Assembly (NCBI GenBank): GCA_035285125.1
Contig: JAYKHR010000056.1
Location: 1-48,290, forward strand
Direction of reading: 5' to 3'
DNA from: Candidatus Sericytochromatia bacterium
GTDB lineage: Bacteria > Cyanobacteriota > Sericytochromatia > S15B-MN24 > JAQBPE01
Length of the DNA: 48,290 bases
Made by a program: the position numbers and the translations under genes. Of the stretch, positions 27,407 to 35,825 are shown piece by piece. How positions within the stretch are numbered: the stretch's first letter is position 1; the number at the start of each line of letters is the position of its first letter. The notes beneath the pieces were generated by a model. That model was given only the letters and a program-made list of their open reading frames with translations. It searched no databases and was not told where the DNA came from.

Positions 27407-28288
27407 CTACCCCTCCAGCCGGCCGAACTTGCCGGCGTTGAAGTCGGCAATTGCTTGCTCGATCTCCGCCACGCTGTTCATCACGAAGGGCCCGTAGGCC
27501 ACGACGGGCTCGCCCAGAGGCTCTCCGGCCAGCAGCAGGAGCCGGGCCGGGGCCTCGGCCACCACCGTGATCGCCCCGGGGCCCGGCCGGAAGCTGGCCA
27601 GCTCGTCGGTGGCCACGCGCTGGCCGTTGAGGGTGACGACGCCCGCCATCACGAGCAGCCCCGCGTTGAAGGCCTCCGGCACCGGGAGCGCCAGGCTGTG
27701 ACCCGCCGCCAGCGTCACCTCCTGGATGGCGATCGGGCTGAAGGGCCGCGCGGGCCCCTGCACGCCCTGGAACTCCCCCGCGAGCACCCGCACGTGGCCC
27801 CCGCCGTCCGGCAGGGCCACCTGCCCCAGCTCGGCCGCCGTGATGGCGTGGTAGCTGGGCGGCCCCATCTTGTGGCGCGCAGGCAGGTTGACCCACAGCT
27901 GCGCCATATGGAAAGTGCCCCCTGTCCGCCCGAACTCGGCCGCGTGGTACTCCTGGTGCAGCACCCCGGAGGCCGCCGACATCCACTGGACGTCGCCCGG
28001 GCCGATCGTCCCCCCGCCGCCCGCGCTGTCGTGGTGCGCGACGCTGCCTTCGAAGGCGAGCGTCACCGTCTCGAAGCCCCGGTGCGGGTGCGTGCCCACC
28101 CCCCGGCGGCGGGTGGTGGGGGCGTACACGTGGGGGGGGTGGTAGTCGAGCAGCAGGAACGGGTCCATGGCCGCTGCAAGCTCCGGGTAGGCCTGGAGGT
28201 AGCCGCGCACCCGGAAGCCGTCTCCGACCCAGTGGATGGGGGGGGGCGGGTAGATGCGGGCGAGTGGGCGAAGGGGGGCGGGGGACAT
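27407..28288 (-). CDS. Pirin family protein
   Basis: DPFLLLD, HPHRGFETVT, QWMSAASGVLHQE, GPFVMN. Confidence 0.95.
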   Translation of the reverse strand: MSPAPLRPLARIYPPPPIHWVGDGFRVRGYLQAYPELAAAMDPFLLLDYHPPHVYAPTTRRRGVGTHPHRGFETVTLAFEGSVAHHDSAGGGGTIGPGDVQWMSAASGVLHQEYHAAEFGRTGGTFHMAQLWVNLPARHKMGPPSYHAITAAELGQVALPDGGGHVRVLAGEFQGVQGPARPFSPIAIQEVTLAAGHSLALPVPEAFNAGLLVMAGVVTLNGQRVATDELASFRPGPGAITVVAEAPARLLLLAGEPLGEPVVAYGPFVMNSVAEIEQAIADFNAGKFGRLEG

Positions 28289-28443
28289 CGGTGGGGCCTC
28301 GCTGGCGGGCCCTGGTATTTTAGTTCTTGTTAGTACGGAGTGCAAGCCGGGGCTGCCCGTCGAGCCCCGCCGCGGTGGTAGGCCCTCCCGTCTGCATGGC
28401 ATACTGATTCGCGTTCACATTGCCACCTCAGGAGTCCACCTCA

Positions 28444-29190
28444 ATGAACCGCCTTGCCCTCGTCCTGCCCGCTCTGATGCTTGCAGGCTGCACGGCCCCC
28501 GGCGCCCCCACGACGCCCGGCTCGTCCACCGCGCCGGCCGCCTCGTCCCAGCCGGCGGCCTCCCAGGCCCCCACGGCTTCCGCCTCGTCCGCCCCGGCCA
28601 GCCCCGCCGCCGCAGGCGCCATCAACCCGAAGCTCGCGGCCATCTACCCCATCGGCCGCATCTGGGAGTACGAGAGCACCACGGCCTCGCCCATCGGGCC
28701 CGTGAAGACCACGATGCGCCAGGAGGTCATGGCCATCGCCGACAAGAAGGCCAAGCTCGAGCTGCGGATCGGCGCCATGGGCTCATTTACCGACACCACC
28801 ACCTACATTGACCTCACGCAGGGCGACGTCCGTGGGGCGGTCGCCAGCGGCCTCGAGGCCAAGCCCGGCGAGGCCAGCTGGAGCGAGGCCGCCGTGGCCT
28901 CCGAGCAGCTCACGGTCAAGGGCGGGACCTTCCAGACCACCAAGTTCTCGGGCAAGTCCACCTCGGCCGGCTCCAGCTTTGACGCCACGTTCTGGGTGAG
29001 CGACGAGGTCGGCCTGATCAAGTCGATCAGCAAGGGCACGGCGACGGCCGGGGCCTATGCGCTCCAGCAGACGCTGCCTGACGGCTTCCAGATGCCGGCC
29101 GGCATCTCCCTGCCCGCTGGCGGCGTCGGGACGGCCCCCGTCTCCATGCAGATCGAGACCGTCACCGAGCTCGTCGGGCTGAAGCGCTGA
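28444..29190 (+). CDS. Hypothetical lipoprotein
   Basis: AGGAG RBS, LAGC lipobox, A/S/P linker, beta-rich domain with TVKGGTF and W...VGLIK. Confidence 0.75.
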   Translation: MNRLALVLPALMLAGCTAPGAPTTPGSSTAPAASSQPAASQAPTASASSAPASPAAAGAINPKLAAIYPIGRIWEYESTTASPIGPVKTTMRQEVMAIADKKAKLELRIGAMGSFTDTTTYIDLTQGDVRGAVASGLEAKPGEASWSEAAVASEQLTVKGGTFQTTKFSGKSTSAGSSFDATFWVSDEVGLIKSISKGTATAGAYALQQTLPDGFQMPAGISLPAGGVGTAPVSMQIETVTELVGLKR

Positions 29191-29209
29191 GTGAGGCGGT
29201 AGGGGAGGC

Positions 29210-30385
29210 GTGAGCCGCATCCTCTACGCGTCCTTCGACGCCGTGCCGGCCCCGAAAGGGGCCAGTCGCCACATCTGCGCGCTCTTGGAAGGGCTCGTGG
29301 AGGCGGGGCACGGCGTCGACCTCGCCACGCTGCCCGCGCGTGGCCCCTGGCCGGCCTGGCCGGCCGTGCGGCACTGGCCGCTCGGCGAGGCCCCGTCTCC
29401 CAACCTCCTGGCGCGCGCTGACGCCTTCGGCGCCCACGTGCTGGCCCTGGCGCAGGCGTCCTCGCACGCTCTCTGGCACGTCCGGGACGTCTGGCAGGGC
29501 GTGCCCCTGGCCCTCTGGCGGGCACAGGGCGGCCCGGCCACCCCGCTCGTGTGGGAGGTCAACGGGCTGCCCTCGATCGAGCTTCCGGTCCACCTGCCGG
29601 GCCTCGCGAACCAGCCGGCGCTGCTCGCCCGGCTGCGCGCGCTCGAGACCCATCTGGCGCGGGCAGCGGACCGCCTCGTGGCCGTGAGCCCGGTGACGGC
29701 CCGCTGCCTGGTCGACCTCGGCGCCCCCCCGGAGCGCGTCCGGGTGGTGCCCAACGGCGTCGACCTGAGCGCCTTCTCGCCCGTCGAGGGCGACGGTGAC
29801 GGCCCGGAGCTGCTCTACCTGGGCACGCTCGCCCCGTGGCAGGGGCTCGACACCCTCCTGGCCGCGCTGCCGCGCCTCTCGCCTGCCGTCCGGCTGCGCG
29901 TCGTGGGCCCCGCCGGCCGCGGGCTCGGGCCTCGGCTCCGCGCCCGGGCGGCCCGGCTCGGCGTCGCGGGACGGGTGCTGCTCGCGCCCCCCGTCGCCCC
30001 CGCTGACGTGCCCGCGGCGCTGGCGCGCGCCAGGGTCTGCGTCGCCCCGCTCGATGGCAGCGCCCGCAACGTCGTGCAGGGCTGCTGCCCGCTCAAGCTG
30101 CTGGAGTACGCGGCCGCCGGGCGGCCCATCGTGGCAAGCGCCGTGCCGCCCGTGGAGTCCCTCTTCCGCCATGGCGAGGACGCCTGGCTCGTGCCGCCGG
30201 ACGACCCGGTGGCCTGGGCCGCGGCGCTGGAAGCGGTGCTGGGGGATGCGTCGCTGCGGGCCCGCCTCGGGGCGGGCGCCCGCGCCCTCGCGGCGGGCTG
30301 GGGCTGGCCGGGCGTCCACGCCGCCTGGCGCGCGGTGTACGCCGAGCTCGGCGTCACCGCGTCCGCAGCTGGGCGTACAGGCTGA
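29210..30385 (+). CDS. Glycosyltransferase family 4
   Basis: EVNG, VPNGVD, GTLAPWQG, CPLKLLEYAAAGRP. Confidence 0.9.
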   Translation: MSRILYASFDAVPAPKGASRHICALLEGLVEAGHGVDLATLPARGPWPAWPAVRHWPLGEAPSPNLLARADAFGAHVLALAQASSHALWHVRDVWQGVPLALWRAQGGPATPLVWEVNGLPSIELPVHLPGLANQPALLARLRALETHLARAADRLVAVSPVTARCLVDLGAPPERVRVVPNGVDLSAFSPVEGDGDGPELLYLGTLAPWQGLDTLLAALPRLSPAVRLRVVGPAGRGLGPRLRARAARLGVAGRVLLAPPVAPADVPAALARARVCVAPLDGSARNVVQGCCPLKLLEYAAAGRPIVASAVPPVESLFRHGEDAWLVPPDDPVAWAAALEAVLGDASLRARLGAGARALAAGWGWPGVHAAWRAVYAELGVTASAAGRTG

Positions 30386-31514
30386 GGTAGGCCTGCACCT
30401 CGCGCTCCGGCGTGAAGGCGTCCTCGACGCGCTCGCGGCCGAGCTCCGAGAGCGCCAGCCAGCTCTCGGGCTGGTCCAGCAGCCAGCAGGTGGTGGCGGC
30501 GAGGGCTTCCGCGTTGCCAGGTGGCACCAGCAACGCCTCGAGGGGGCCCTCGGCAAGCACGTCCGGGATGCCGCCCATGGCGCTGGCCACCGTGGGCAGC
30601 CCACAGGCCAGCGCCTCCAGCAGGGCGTTGGGCAGCCCGTCCTGCAGGGACGGCAGCCAGGCCACCTCGGCCAGGGCCAGCAGCGGGGGCAGGTCGTCCG
30701 GGTCGAAGCCGGCGTCGATGCGCACGGCTGCGGCGTCCTCGGGGTGCGCCGCGGCGAAGGCCTCCCAGCTGGCCCGGCCGTCTTCCCGGAGGCCGCCCAT
30801 CAGCCAGAGCAGGGCGTCCGGGTGGCGCGTGCGCAGCAGCCGAAAAGCGGCCAGCATCGGGTCGAGCCCCTTCTTCGGGCGGGCCTGCCCCACGAAGGCC
30901 ACCACCGGAAAGGCGCCTTCCGCGGGAAAGCCCAGGCGCTCCAGCAGCGCCGGGTCGCGCTCGAACGGGCGGAAGCGGGTGGTCGACACCCCGTTGGGGA
31001 TGGTCAGGAGCCGCCTGGCTGCCCCCAGCGCCCGCGCCCGGGCCGTCAGGGCCCGGCTGACGCCGACCACGGCGTCTGCCGCGGCCAGGGCCTCTCGGAC
31101 GCTCGGGCCGCGATCCGGGCGGTCGGCGTCGCGGTCGAGGTCGTTGCCCCGGGCAGCCACAAGGCAGGGGATGCCCAGCCGCGCGGCGGCCCGCGTGGCC
31201 GGTCGCCCCGTCTCGCTGACGTAGATCGCATGCACAAGCCCAAGGTCTGGCCGTGCCCCGAGACACGCTTCGAAGCCAGCCTGACGCTCGCCCCAGGTGC
31301 GGGCCCCGAACCGCCAGATCTCCAGCGTCCCCTCCAGGCCCCCCGCGACGCGCCCGAGGGGCAGCCCGGGATCGGGTATGATGACGCGGACGGGCACGTG
31401 GTGGGAGAGCGCCCTCGCCAGGCGAGCGGCTGCGCCCGCCAGGCCGCCGGCGTCCGGGGGCCAGCGGGGCACGAGCAGGGCCACCCTGTCCGGGGAGGGA
31501 GGGGTCGATGTCAT
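30354..31514 (-). CDS. Glycosyltransferase family 4
   Basis: RGND, IPNGV, KKG, DGLPNALLEALACG. Confidence 0.9.
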   Translation of the reverse strand: MTSTPPSPDRVALLVPRWPPDAGGLAGAAARLARALSHHVPVRVIIPDPGLPLGRVAGGLEGTLEIWRFGARTWGERQAGFEACLGARPDLGLVHAIYVSETGRPATRAAARLGIPCLVAARGNDLDRDADRPDRGPSVREALAAADAVVGVSRALTARARALGAARRLLTIPNGVSTTRFRPFERDPALLERLGFPAEGAFPVVAFVGQARPKKGLDPMLAAFRLLRTRHPDALLWLMGGLREDGRASWEAFAAAHPEDAAAVRIDAGFDPDDLPPLLALAEVAWLPSLQDGLPNALLEALACGLPTVASAMGGIPDVLAEGPLEALLVPPGNAEALAATTCWLLDQPESWLALSELGRERVEDAFTPEREVQAYLSLYAQLRTR

Positions 31515-31789
31515 CCGAGTCACCAGCAGCCTGCGCACACGTCGTCGGCATGCTCGTACCCCGCCCGTGCGGTGTGCCCGCCAAGGCCGCCTGCACGGCC
31601 TGCCACACGGCCTGCTGTCCGGATCACCTCGCCAGTGACGGCCGGTGCCTGGCCTGCGACGAGGGCCGCAAGCCCACGGGCCCTGCCGTGGCCCTGCCCG
31701 CTGGCCTCACCTTCGACGCCGAGGTGCTCGAGGCCTTCGAGGTCGCCCAGCCTGCCGATCCCGACAACGCCTGGTCCGACCTGACGTGA
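31508..31789 (+). CDS. Small Cys/His-rich protein (B-box-like zinc finger)
   Basis: CxxC...CCPDH...CxxC, acidic tail, GGAGG upstream, GTGA overlap with next gene. Confidence 0.6.
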   Translation: MSSESPAACAHVVGMLVPRPCGVPAKAACTACHTACCPDHLASDGRCLACDEGRKPTGPAVALPAGLTFDAEVLEAFEVAQPADPDNAWSDLT

Positions 31790-32784
31790 GGCTCGCCTGG
31801 TACGCCTTGGGCGGGGGCCTGGGGCACCTCCAGCGCGCCCTGGCCGTGCTGCGCTGGCTGCGCCCGCACCTGGGGGCGCAGGCGCCGTTGCTGCTGACCA
31901 GCTCGGCCTACGCCCACCTGGCGCTGGCCGAGGGCGTGCCCTGCGTGCGGCTGCCGGGGGCGCACGAGGCCCAGGCCCTGCCCGACGGCGTCGCGGCCGG
32001 CCTCGTGGCGGCTGCGCTGGCGGCCCTCGGGCCTCTCGACTGCCTGGTGGTGGACACCTTCCCGGAGGGCCTGCACGACGAGCTCGGGGCCGAGGTGCTG
32101 GCCGCTGCGGCCTTCAAGGTGCTGGTGGCCCGGCCGGGCGGCGGCACGCCCGAGACCTCCCCGGCCTGGGCCTGCTACGACCGGGTGGTGGCGCCCTTGC
32201 CCGAGGCCCCCTGGCCGGGGGCGGAGGCCGTCGGCTGGGTGCTCACGCGCCGACCCGGCGAGGCGCTGGCGGCTCCGGACGCCCGCCTGCGGCTGGGGCT
32301 GGCGCCCGTCGGCGACAGACCCCTCATCGCCGCCATGCACGCCGGCGACCCCGGCGAGGTGCTCGGGCTGTTCGAGCGCGTGGCCGCTGCCGCCGCCAGG
32401 CTCTCCGAGCCACACGACCTGCGGCTGTTCACGCCGCTGCCGCTGAACGGCTGGCTCCTCGACCCGCGTGTCGTGCACCCCTGGCCTGCTGGCGAGCTCC
32501 TGGAGGCCGTCGACCTGCTCGTCTCGGGCGGCGGTTACCACTCGACGGCCGAGGCGGCCGCCTTCGGCGTGCGGACCTTGCAGGTGGCCTTCCGGCGCTC
32601 GCATGACGATCAGGCCACCCGCCTCGGGCAGGGGCCGGCCGTGGCGCAGGCCAGCTGGGGCGTCGCCGAATGGGCAGAGGCCCTGGGCGCGGCCCTCGCG
32701 GCGCCCAGGCCTGCACCGGCGCCGCCCGCGGAGACGGACGGGGCCCGCCGCCTGGCGCTCATCCTGGCTGAGGCGCTGCGTTGA
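31786..32784 (+). CDS. GT-B fold glycosyltransferase-like protein (MurG/GT28-like)
   Basis: GGGLGH, VDTFP, SGGGYHS, DDQ motifs. Confidence 0.72.
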   Translation: MRLAWYALGGGLGHLQRALAVLRWLRPHLGAQAPLLLTSSAYAHLALAEGVPCVRLPGAHEAQALPDGVAAGLVAAALAALGPLDCLVVDTFPEGLHDELGAEVLAAAAFKVLVARPGGGTPETSPAWACYDRVVAPLPEAPWPGAEAVGWVLTRRPGEALAAPDARLRLGLAPVGDRPLIAAMHAGDPGEVLGLFERVAAAAARLSEPHDLRLFTPLPLNGWLLDPRVVHPWPAGELLEAVDLLVSGGGYHSTAEAAAFGVRTLQVAFRRSHDDQATRLGQGPAVAQASWGVAEWAEALGAALAAPRPAPAPPAETDGARRLALILAEALR

Positions 32785-33865
32785 GGGCTGCCAGCCTCGC
32801 CTCGAGCGAGGCGTTCTCGGGCAGGAAGTCGTCGCAGCGGTGGCAGACGGGCGGGCGCGTGGCGGCCAAGGCGCGCCGGAAGCCCGTGTAGGCCTCGCCC
32901 GTCCAGATCGCGCGGAAGCTGGCCTCTGTGAGGTCGCCGAGCACCCGGCCCTCGCCCTTCATCTGGCAGCAGCCGTAGACCTTGCCGTCGGCCGCGACGA
33001 CGGCGTGCAGCCAGGGGGCGAAGCAGCGGCCGGCCCGGTAGAAGCCGCGGGCGTGCTCGCCGCGGGCCGCCAGGGCGATCGCCTCCGGCTCGCGGCCAAA
33101 CGGGTAGGCCTGGGCCTCGTCGTGCATCAGCCCGAGGGCCAGCGCCCGCTCGGCCAGCCGGGGGGCCACCTCTGCGTTCCACACGGCGATCTCGGGCTCC
33201 TCCAGCCGCATTGGGGCCGTGCCGTGGGTCCGGACGTCGTCCACGGGCAGCAGCGACATGCGCCGCACGCCGAGCCCGTGCAGGAAGTCCGGGAGGTCCG
33301 CGAGCGCGCGGTAGTTGAGGCGTGACACCACCGTGTTGGTGCGGATCTTGAGCGGCCGGCCGAGCTGCCGTGCCGTGCGTCGCGCCGTGCGGATGCCGGC
33401 CACGGTGGCTTGCCACAGCGGCTGCCCGCGCATCCTGTCGTGCACCGCCGCCAGGTGTGAGTCCACCGAGAAGGTCACGGTCGAGAGGCCGGCCGCGATC
33501 AGCGGCTTGGCCCGCTCCGGCGTCCAGAGCGTGCCGTTGCTCGTCATCGAACACACCATCCCGCGCCGCACCACCTCGCCCACCCACCGCGCGAGGTCAG
33601 GCTTGAGCAGTGGCTCGCCGCCGGACAGGTGGACGCGCTTGCAGCCGAGCTCGGTGAGGTCGTCGAGCAGGGCCGTCAGCCGGGCCTCATCCAGCCGCCC
33701 GGGGCGTGGCGGGGGCTGCCCGAGGGCCCGCCAGTGGCTGCAGAATGGACACTTCAGGTTGCAGGCCCAGATGAGCTTGATCTTCACGCGCAGGGGGACG
33801 TGGGGGGCGTGCGTCGCCACCGCTGCGGCCAGCGCCGCTGGGTCCACGGTCTCGAGGGCGTACAT
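32759..33865 (-). CDS. Radical SAM protein with SPASM/twitch domain
   Basis: CNLKCPFC, SGGEP, TSNG. C-terminal CFAPW, GCC, CHRC. Confidence 0.92.
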   Translation of the reverse strand: MYALETVDPAALAAAVATHAPHVPLRVKIKLIWACNLKCPFCSHWRALGQPPPRPGRLDEARLTALLDDLTELGCKRVHLSGGEPLLKPDLARWVGEVVRRGMVCSMTSNGTLWTPERAKPLIAAGLSTVTFSVDSHLAAVHDRMRGQPLWQATVAGIRTARRTARQLGRPLKIRTNTVVSRLNYRALADLPDFLHGLGVRRMSLLPVDDVRTHGTAPMRLEEPEIAVWNAEVAPRLAERALALGLMHDEAQAYPFGREPEAIALAARGEHARGFYRAGRCFAPWLHAVVAADGKVYGCCQMKGEGRVLGDLTEASFRAIWTGEAYTGFRRALAATRPPVCHRCDDFLPENASLEARLAALNAAPQPG

Positions 33866-33880
33866 CCGACGGGCCCCGCT

Positions 33881-34648
33881 TCAGGCCTGTCGGGCCTGGC
33901 GAAGGGCCTCCAGCAGGCGCCCCAGGTCCGACAGCACGTCGTCCTCCACCCCGAGCTCCCCCCAGAACAGCACCTCCGGCCGGCCAGGGACGCATTGCAC
34001 GTGAAGCCGCTGGAGGTTTCCGGGCAGCTTGGGGGCCTCGCGATCACCGGCCAGCCGCAGCCTGCCTCGAACCTGAAGCTGGTCCCGCATCGTCGCGCCC
34101 GACTTGACCTTCTGGAGCTGCGTGAAGGCCAGGCCCAGCAGGTGGCCGTCCGCCAGCCAGCCCTTCAGCGTGAGCCACTCGTGCCGGTGGTATCGCTTCT
34201 CCCGGCCGCTGTAGGGGCTGGTGGCCGTGCGCTCGGCCTCCGTGGCCACCGAGGCGCTGCGCGCATCCAGCTGGAGGTGCAGCTTGGTCTTCGGCGCGAA
34301 GTCCTCCAACAGCTGCGCGAGCAGGCGCTGCGTGCTGGGGCGGGCCTCGGGCTCCGTGCGTTGCCGATGGTTCGCGTCTGCGATTACCGCGGCGCCCGCG
34401 ACGAGGGCCACCACCCCCAGGATGGCCGGCACGGGCCAGGCCTCGAACTCGGTGAGCAAGGCGAGCGCCGCTGCGAGCGCGACGCCCCCGGGCCCGGCCG
34501 CCACGAGCCCCCAACCGAACCGGCGCGCCTTGTGCGCCGCCGCGGCCCGCGCCTGTCGGTGCAGCCCGAAGTGGTGGGCCACCTTCGCGCCCACCACGGC
34601 GGGGGTGCCGCGGGCCTCGAGGGGGGGGATGGAGGCGGCGTCGCTCAT
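33881..34648 (-). CDS. Hypothetical membrane protein
   Basis: Two TMs then soluble domain. Co-oriented 15 bp upstream of the radical SAM gene. Confidence 0.65.
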   Translation of the reverse strand: MSDAASIPPLEARGTPAVVGAKVAHHFGLHRQARAAAAHKARRFGWGLVAAGPGGVALAAALALLTEFEAWPVPAILGVVALVAGAAVIADANHRQRTEPEARPSTQRLLAQLLEDFAPKTKLHLQLDARSASVATEAERTATSPYSGREKRYHRHEWLTLKGWLADGHLLGLAFTQLQKVKSGATMRDQLQVRGRLRLAGDREAPKLPGNLQRLHVQCVPGRPEVLFWGELGVEDDVLSDLGRLLEALRQARQA

Positions 34649-34682
34649 GGTGGCCTTGTACCCGCACGGTGGTCGGGAGGTT

Positions 34683-34723
34683 TTTAACCTGAAATGTTTT
34701 GCTTCTTAATTAGTTGATAACCT
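34683..34723 (+). promoter_or_regulatory. 11-bp-phase TTAACCT-like repeats in AT-rich divergent intergenic region
   Basis: TTTAACCT (34683), CTTAATTA (34705), GATAACCT (34716). Confidence 0.45.
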
Positions 34724-34808
34724 TTGATCGAGATCACCCCGGCGTGCCGCGGCCCCCGCGGTGCGATAACGAAATGGGCCCAGGTCCCCTCAGGAGGTCG
34801 TTTCCCCC

Positions 34809-35825
34809 ATGGTGCGTTCCGCTCGCCTCGTCTCCACCCTCTCGGTGCTCGCGCTCGTCGCCCTCGCAGGGTGTGGGCGCCCACCCGCGGCCTCTGGCCC
34901 GCGCACAGTGGCCGGGGAGCTGGCCGCAGCGGCTGCCTCCGACGTGCTGCGGGGCCACCGCAAGGCCGTGCAGGCCGTGGCCTTCAGCCCTGACGGCCGC
35001 TACCTGGCGAGCGGGGGGGAGGATGGCGTCGTGCTGCTGCGCGACGCGACGTCGGGCGAGCTCGTGCGCGAGCTCCAGGACCGCATGGGCGCGATTTACG
35101 GCCTCGCCTTCAGCGGCGACGGCGAGCGTCTCGCCACGGGCAGCGCGGACGCCCGGCTGCGCATCTGGGACCTGGCGGACGGCCGCGTGCTGACGCCCGT
35201 CAATCAGCCCAACGGTGGCGCGCGCCACCTGGCCTACACCCCGGACGGCGCCACGCTCGTCGCGCTCGGGGAGGATGGGGTCCTGCAGCTGCGCGACGGC
35301 CGCACGGCCGAGCCCCGCAAGACGCTCGGCGCCGGCCGTGACGACGTGGGGAGCCTGGCCCTGAGCCGGGACGGGAAGCTGGTGGCCGTGGGCGACTGGC
35401 GCGGCGGCGTGGAGATCTGGGACGTGGCCGAGGCGGTGCTGGTTCGCCGGCTCGCCCCGCAGCCTGACTCCGTGGTGGCGCTGGCCTTCGCGCCGGATGG
35501 CCGCTCGCTGGCCGCTGCGGCGGGCGATGGCCTGATCCGCCTGTGGGACGTCGACACGGCGCAGGCCTACGCCACGCTGACGGGCGTGCGGGGCGGGCGC
35601 CTCAGCCTCGCCTTCAGCCCCGACGGGGGCTGGCTGGCCGCCGGGGGGCGGGATGGCGGCCTGCGGATGTGGCAGGTGGGGTCCCGCACCCCGCTCGCCG
35701 TGCGCAAGGGCCATGCCGGCGCCGTGACGGCGCTGGCGTTCCACCCCAAGCGTCGCCGGCTCGTCACGGCCGGCGCCGACGCCACCCTGCGGCTCTGGGA
35801 CGTGGACGCCCTTGTGCGGCGCTGA
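34809..35825 (+). CDS. WD40-repeat beta-propeller lipoprotein
   Basis: LAGC lipobox, about 7 repeats of the GH...AFSPDG...WD type, AGGAGG RBS. Confidence 0.92.
   Translation: MVRSARLVSTLSVLALVALAGCGRPPAASGPRTVAGELAAAAASDVLRGHRKAVQAVAFSPDGRYLASGGEDGVVLLRDATSGELVRELQDRMGAIYGLAFSGDGERLATGSADARLRIWDLADGRVLTPVNQPNGGARHLAYTPDGATLVALGEDGVLQLRDGRTAEPRKTLGAGRDDVGSLALSRDGKLVAVGDWRGGVEIWDVAEAVLVRRLAPQPDSVVALAFAPDGRSLAAAAGDGLIRLWDVDTAQAYATLTGVRGGRLSLAFSPDGGWLAAGGRDGGLRMWQVGSRTPLAVRKGHAGAVTALAFHPKRRRLVTAGADATLRLWDVDALVRR

Noticed and set aside
31592..31606. CTACH as a c-type heme motif
   Set aside because: No signal peptide, and it is part of a larger zinc-finger-like Cys pattern.
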